Virus record (IMG/VR): IMGVR_UViG_3300042282_000085
DNA from: a virus
Lineage: Duplodnaviria > Caudoviricetes
Reading direction: 5' to 3' (one strand)
Length of the DNA stretch: 64,000 nucleotides
Shown: piece by piece, positions 59,505 to 64,000 of the stretch
Position numbering within the stretch: position 1 is the first letter of the stretch
Layout: each line of letters opens with the position of its first letter
Notes under the pieces: model-generated
The model's database searches: none
Told to the model about the DNA's origin: nothing
What the model saw: the letters and a program-made list of their open reading frames with translations, nothing else
Program-made: the position numbers and the translations under genes

Positions 59505-60977
59505 TTAAAGCGTAGGCTTTAGGTTACTAAAAGGACTTGCGTAGATGGCACGGTCGTCGTCTGCTTCGATGATTACCGCGTATCGGAACCCGGCGTTCTG
59601 TTGACCGTATTTAACCAGCACAACTTTCATATGATCGACTGTTTTACCCACGGCATTCAAATGGTTGCGGGTAGGGAGGTCGATATTGAAGGTGAGGGTT
59701 AAACTGATCGTCTTATTGCCGTGTAAAACAGGGATCGTGACGGCGGCGTCGCTGCCTTTAATCTCCTTTAACAACTTCCACTCTTTCTTACCTTTGGTTA
59801 CTAAGTGTTCAGTAATGTCCAGGTATTCAGTGCGGGTACAGCTGTGGTTAGTGGTATAGCGTTCTAATTGATCCAGTAGCTGCATTAAGGTGTCCACACC
59901 TTCATATGCGCGTCTGGGTGGTCTGACGTAAATCGTTAGCGGTTCTCCTTCCACCGTAACAATGTTCAGTCGCTTATGGTCCAAATGGGCCTTACCGTGG
60001 ACGGTCAACTGCTCCCAAATCGCGGGCTTAGTGACACGGTCCATCATCATAATGACCGGCTGGACAAAGTCATCCGGGGTTACTGCATTTTGATGCTCAA
60101 TGATTGCTTCAAACTGCTCAACCGGATTCGGGGTTACTAACACCGACATTAGGCTGTCGGGTGCTTCCGTTCCAAAGTGCTTACCGTTAAACCCACCGCG
60201 GTCGTCAAAGTTCGCTGACAAATAAATGTGGCGGTTATCGACTGTACGCATGGGGGTATTCGTGGTGAACACCAACCGCTTACCCGAGATGAGTTTATTA
60301 TAGGACGCGGGCTTGGGCCTACTGGACTTAGCAGCGCCCTCTGTACTGTCAGGGGTTTCCTCGGTGCCCTTCACCTGAATAACGAGGTCTTCTATTTTCT
60401 TTTCAGCCGCTAAACGGCCTCGGTTCGCATTCTGATCAGCACGCTCATTGCCAGGGTCATCGGAGTGACCCTTTACCCAGTGGTAGATGAGTTTGATCTT
60501 ACGCTGCTTTACATCCTGTTGAAGGCCGTCGATGGTTTGCCACATATCCATGTTGGAGATGGCATTACCTTCTTTCGTCTTCCAGCCATTCTTGCGCCAT
60601 CCTTTTATATGGCGCTCTGCCCCATCCAGTACATATCGACTATCAAAGTAGACATGTGCTTCTGCCCAGTGACCGGCTAACAGCAGCTCGAGTACCCGAA
60701 TGTAGGCCAGTAGTTCGGCGCGGTTATTCGTGACGACGTCACCAACATGACCAAAAATATCGAACTCGTTACCTGCATCGTCTTTACCGTAAATACCCAA
60801 ACCCCCCATGCCAGGGTTAGGGCGCGCTGAGCCATCACAGTAAAGGGTTAATACCTTACCTCCTTCCATTGCCTTAATCGCACTATAGCTATCGTCTTTA
60901 GCCAATAATGCATTACTCTCTTCTGCGCCTGCAGGTTCGTGTGTAACGTCCTGCTTATTCTTCTTCGCACGTCCCAT
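59505..60977 (-). CDS. rnhA: RNase H1 with C-terminal extension (phiKZ gp155-like)
   Basis: YCDGS, TNNRAEL, DSRY, WVKGH, GNERAD. Confidence 0.9.
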   Translation of the reverse strand: MGRAKKNKQDVTHEPAGAEESNALLAKDDSYSAIKAMEGGKVLTLYCDGSARPNPGMGGLGIYGKDDAGNEFDIFGHVGDVVTNNRAELLAYIRVLELLLAGHWAEAHVYFDSRYVLDGAERHIKGWRKNGWKTKEGNAISNMDMWQTIDGLQQDVKQRKIKLIYHWVKGHSDDPGNERADQNANRGRLAAEKKIEDLVIQVKGTEETPDSTEGAAKSSRPKPASYNKLISGKRLVFTTNTPMRTVDNRHIYLSANFDDRGGFNGKHFGTEAPDSLMSVLVTPNPVEQFEAIIEHQNAVTPDDFVQPVIMMMDRVTKPAIWEQLTVHGKAHLDHKRLNIVTVEGEPLTIYVRPPRRAYEGVDTLMQLLDQLERYTTNHSCTRTEYLDITEHLVTKGKKEWKLLKEIKGSDAAVTIPVLHGNKTISLTLTFNIDLPTRNHLNAVGKTVDHMKVVLVKYGQQNAGFRYAVIIEADDDRAIYASPFSNLKPTL

Positions 60978-61350
60978 CTGTTCTTACTCCCTCGAGCCAG
61001 GTGTCAATTTGCCGTGTCCGTTTGAGCAATGCCTCTACCAGCTCTAACATACTGTCACGAGTCTGATAGGGAGTGATGTCAAATGCATCTTGCTCAATTA
61101 CCTTAACCAATCGCGTACAGAGCGTCTTCTGTGGCGAGGCATCGGCAGAAGGTGGACCGGAATCAGTGAATACCTGGGTGGTGATGGAGGGATAAGTGGT
61201 GGTTTGTGCGTACCCTGATCGGTGGTCAATCAGGGTGAGTTTAAGCTCCAGCGGTGGAGGCGGTGCGGGTGGTTGAGGGGAGGGTAGTATAACCATGCAT
61301 CCCGATAACACACTGCACCCTACCAATACCGCAGCACGTACATACTGCAT
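60955..61350 (-). CDS. Lipoprotein, candidate o-spanin (start revised to 61350)
   Basis: MQYVRAAVLVGCSVLSGC lipobox then Pro-rich PSPQPPAPPPP; TAATG overlap with upstream gene. Confidence 0.55.
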   Translation of the reverse strand: MQYVRAAVLVGCSVLSGCMVILPSPQPPAPPPPLELKLTLIDHRSGYAQTTTYPSITTQVFTDSGPPSADASPQKTLCTRLVKVIEQDAFDITPYQTRDSMLELVEALLKRTRQIDTWLEGVRTDGTCEEE

Positions 61351-61619
61351 TAAAGTTCTCCAGACTGATATTGCTGTAAGAGTGCTCGATAACGGTCCTG
61401 TTCTGAGGGCATCGTCCTGATAGGCTCTTCGGGTGGGGCAACGACTGTACATTCTTCACTGTTAATGGGTGTAGGAGGGGTAGCTACAGTGTCAAAGTAC
61501 CAGGTGGTACCTGAACCCGTGACTACCCCTATACACCCGTATACGAAGTACAGTAGTCGGTGTTTCAGCATAGGAGACTGTCTAACTTTCGTTAGGCAAA
61601 ATCGCAAGAACGCTTTCAT
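61350..61619 (-). CDS. Single-TM membrane protein, candidate i-spanin
   Basis: Basic N-terminus, one TM, short C-terminal domain with Cys. Confidence 0.5.
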   Translation of the reverse strand: MKAFLRFCLTKVRQSPMLKHRLLYFVYGCIGVVTGSGTTWYFDTVATPPTPINSEECTVVAPPEEPIRTMPSEQDRYRALLQQYQSGEL

Positions 61620-61688
61620 TAGACCATCCTTATATGGCGTTCTAATATGGATGTGAACCAGATGATTCGCTCTGCGATTATTTTTAAC

Positions 61689-62249
61689 TTACAGGCATGT
61701 CCAGCTCACATCACTAACCTTAGCGACGTGTTGGTTAGCCTTCAGTATACCGCAACTACGGATGCGGGTACACTCGTGCACGGTACATATTTCCTTACCG
61801 TCCTCTACAATTCCCCAAAGATCGATACACTCCCACTCCATGGCATCCAGCACAGGGAAATAGGCATCTGCCAACTCTACTTCAGTATTCACTCTCGTTA
61901 GGTAGATACGGTTTGTATACGGAAGTGCATCCGCGTATACCTGAGCGCCCCCTACTACTATGGGCTGTAAACCAAGATCCAAAATACGGATGATGGCCTC
62001 TGGTAGGGACCTGACAATGATTAACCCTTCTTTAACCGGATAGTCTTCTTGTGACGTAATCATCACCGTCGTACGGCCAGGCAGAGGCTTACCGATAGAC
62101 TCGTATGTTTTACGACCCATAATCATTGCCTTACCCATGGTCGTGTCTTTAAACCACTGAAGGTCTTGAGGAATGTGCCAGGGAAGACCACCACCTACAC
62201 CGATCGCCCGATTGAGATCATGGGCTACAATCATTTCCAGTTCAATCAT
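61689..62249 (-). CDS. folA: Dihydrofolate reductase
   Basis: [41 protein letters not shown]. Confidence 0.95.
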   Translation of the reverse strand: MIELEMIVAHDLNRAIGVGGGLPWHIPQDLQWFKDTTMGKAMIMGRKTYESIGKPLPGRTTVMITSQEDYPVKEGLIIVRSLPEAIIRILDLGLQPIVVGGAQVYADALPYTNRIYLTRVNTEVELADAYFPVLDAMEWECIDLWGIVEDGKEICTVHECTRIRSCGILKANQHVAKVSDVSWTCL

Positions 62250-63187
62250 ACGGACACCTTCGCTTTAATAGCCGGATGCGGATTGTAATCTTCCAGAATA
62301 AAGTCTTCGTATTTATAATCGAAGATTGAATCGGGCTTACGGGCAAACCGCATCTTGGGTAAAGGTCTAGGGTCCCGACTAAGTTGCTCCTGTACAATGG
62401 TGGGGTCCTGGAGGTGGTCCTGGTACAGGTGTGTGTCACCGGTTACATGGATGTACTCGCCCAGCTCTAGGTCACACTGCTGTGCAATCATCATCGTCAA
62501 TAGTGCGTAGGAGGCGATATTAAACGGCGCGCCGAGTTGGCTATCACAGCTACGCTGCAGCATCATGCAGCTTAGTTTGCCATTCTGTACGTAGAACTGA
62601 AAAAACGTATGGCACGCCGGTAGGGCAGCCTTGCCATTACGGACATTGTCCTGAGGGGATATAGATTCATCAGGAAGGTCAGCCGGATTCCAAGCACTGA
62701 CAATAATGCGTCTGGAGTTAGGGTTCGTCTTCAACGTATCGATAACATTTTGAATCTGATTAATGGTACGTCTAACTACCGCTATCGGATGTCCAGTGAC
62801 CTCATCCAACACTAGGCCGTGGTACGTGTATCCCTGCTCAAGGTACCTGGCAATCCCCTCAGGGCGAATCATTTTGGTATCGTCCCAGCTCACCCACTGC
62901 TTGGAGTAGATTGGTCCTAGGCGACCATCCTCCAGTGCCCATTCATCCCAAATGCGTACACCGTTCTCTTTCAGGGTATTGTTGTTGGTATCGCCGGAGA
63001 GGAACCATAAGAGTTCATGGATAATGGATTTAAGGTGAACCTTTTTGGTGGTAAGCAGTGGGAAACCTGCGCTCAGGTCAAAGCGTAGCATGCGACCAAA
63101 GACCGAGCGCGTACCTGTACCTGTACGGTCGCCCTTATCAATGCCGTTGTCCAAGATATCTTGGAGCAGATTTAGATATTGCTGCAT
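62246..63187 (-). CDS. thyA: Thymidylate synthase
   Basis: DRTGTGT, ELLWFL, SRR, ALPACH, QRSCD, PFNIASY. Confidence 0.96.
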   Translation of the reverse strand: MQQYLNLLQDILDNGIDKGDRTGTGTRSVFGRMLRFDLSAGFPLLTTKKVHLKSIIHELLWFLSGDTNNNTLKENGVRIWDEWALEDGRLGPIYSKQWVSWDDTKMIRPEGIARYLEQGYTYHGLVLDEVTGHPIAVVRRTINQIQNVIDTLKTNPNSRRIIVSAWNPADLPDESISPQDNVRNGKAALPACHTFFQFYVQNGKLSCMMLQRSCDSQLGAPFNIASYALLTMMIAQQCDLELGEYIHVTGDTHLYQDHLQDPTIVQEQLSRDPRPLPKMRFARKPDSIFDYKYEDFILEDYNPHPAIKAKVSV

Positions 63188-63219
63188 GTGTAGCCCTCAA
63201 TAGCTTTACTGAATTACGA

Positions 63220-63321
63220 TTACGGATGGCAAGGTGTTAACGCGTGGGTCGGGTCCAATTCATCGAGGGTCCGTTGCAGGTCCCCAACAGTTATTATTTC
63301 CATTGCCTCAGTGTCACTCAT
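63220..63321 (-). CDS. Small hypothetical protein (33 aa; not in ORF track)
   Basis: MSDTEAMEIITVGDLQRTLDELDPTHALTPCHP; GAGGGG SD. Confidence 0.4.
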   Translation of the reverse strand: MSDTEAMEIITVGDLQRTLDELDPTHALTPCHP

Positions 63322-63330
63322 GGCAACCCC

Positions 63331-63813
63331 TCACAGCTCAAAGGCAATGGCAGGGCTGTGTTCTCCCAACCAACGGGTGAAAGACTTCCTTACTAGGGCA
63401 TGTGCGGATGGAAGATACTCAGCGTCGTCAAAAATCACCACACTCACGCCATCGAACAGACGATGAAGTTCGTCCAAGTCGTTCCGATATAGTTTGCCGA
63501 TCTGTCGCCAAGTAAAGATTAGGTGGCCCTCGTCCAATGCGTCAACTCGGCTCAGAAGGGTTTGAACCTGGGTGGCATCTCGACAAATCAAGGCCACGTC
63601 GCTGCGGCGACCGATGACGTCCATGGCCCACGTGGACTTACCGGACTGACGGGGCAAACGGCTGCCGTAGGTGCGGAGCTCTTGAAAGAACCGACCGGGG
63701 TCGCCCATGGCGTGGCGAAGATCGAGTTCGCGATCGGTACCTATCAACTTTAGGGCGTGCTGTTCAGCGTGCGCCAGCGTTTGATTCAGCATCTCTTTGG
63801 TGGCTTCGTACAT
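63331..63813 (-). CDS. Stand-alone terminase-like P-loop domain protein
   Basis: LPRQSGKST Walker A, VIFDDAE Walker B; 160 aa. Confidence 0.6.
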   Translation of the reverse strand: MYEATKEMLNQTLAHAEQHALKLIGTDRELDLRHAMGDPGRFFQELRTYGSRLPRQSGKSTWAMDVIGRRSDVALICRDATQVQTLLSRVDALDEGHLIFTWRQIGKLYRNDLDELHRLFDGVSVVIFDDAEYLPSAHALVRKSFTRWLGEHSPAIAFEL

Positions 63814-63834
63814 AGCTGCTTCCTTTTCATTGTT

Positions 63835-64000
63835 TTAAACTGGCTGTCCGTCGAGTACTTCCTGCTCATTGTAGACAGGTAGGCAATATCGACATTTCTT
63901 GGTTAGGCTATATGCCCAGGTTTTACCGCCATCTATTGTACATTTGTATCCGTAAACGGAGCGGGTACCTGTGCCTGTACGGTCACCCTTATCGGTGCCA
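63835..64000 (-). CDS. Partial ORF containing a ThyA N-terminal motif
   Basis: [54 protein letters not shown]. Confidence 0.55.
   Translation of the reverse strand, partial: GTDKGDRTGTGTRSVYGYKCTIDGGKTWAYSLTKKCRYCLPVYNEQEVLDGQPV

Noticed and set aside
62246-63187. ThyA as a base-modifying hydroxymethylase
   Set aside because: Keeps the dUMP-specifying Asn (PFNIASY) and is coupled to DHFR; ordinary thymidylate synthase.

Overview
This window is a gene-dense segment of a phiKZ-like jumbo myophage genome (Chimalliviridae-type); the assignment rests on recognisable proteins and gene order, not a database search. It holds large terminase, three baseplate/virion genes, tail sheath and tube, SbcC ATPase and prohead protease. 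It also holds four virion RNA polymerase (vRNAP) fragments, a 2733-aa tape-measure-like protein ending in an M23 peptidase, UvsX/RecA, RNase H, DHFR, ThyA and dCMP deaminase. Both large vRNAP genes are interrupted by group I introns whose splice sites I could reconstruct by hand. Each intron carries an HNH/NUMOD1 endonuclease in loop L1, with the endonuclease stop codon overlapping the guide-strand side of P1 and its translation-initiation region in a hairpin. One intron has a non-canonical U-A pair at the 5' splice site. Four copies of a phiKZ-type early promoter (CCTATATTAC) head four accessory operons. These operons contain an SD-led minigene chain, an unannotated very acidic 50-aa protein, an Orn/AAA/Nudix trio and a macrodomain. 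Terminator hairpins appear to fall into two classes (U-tract versus TATGC tail) that track early versus late operons. A ~600-bp palindrome-rich non-coding region has a perfect IHF consensus, and a second, synonymously diverged ThyA N-terminal motif sits at the window edge. No tRNA, rRNA or CRISPR array was seen.
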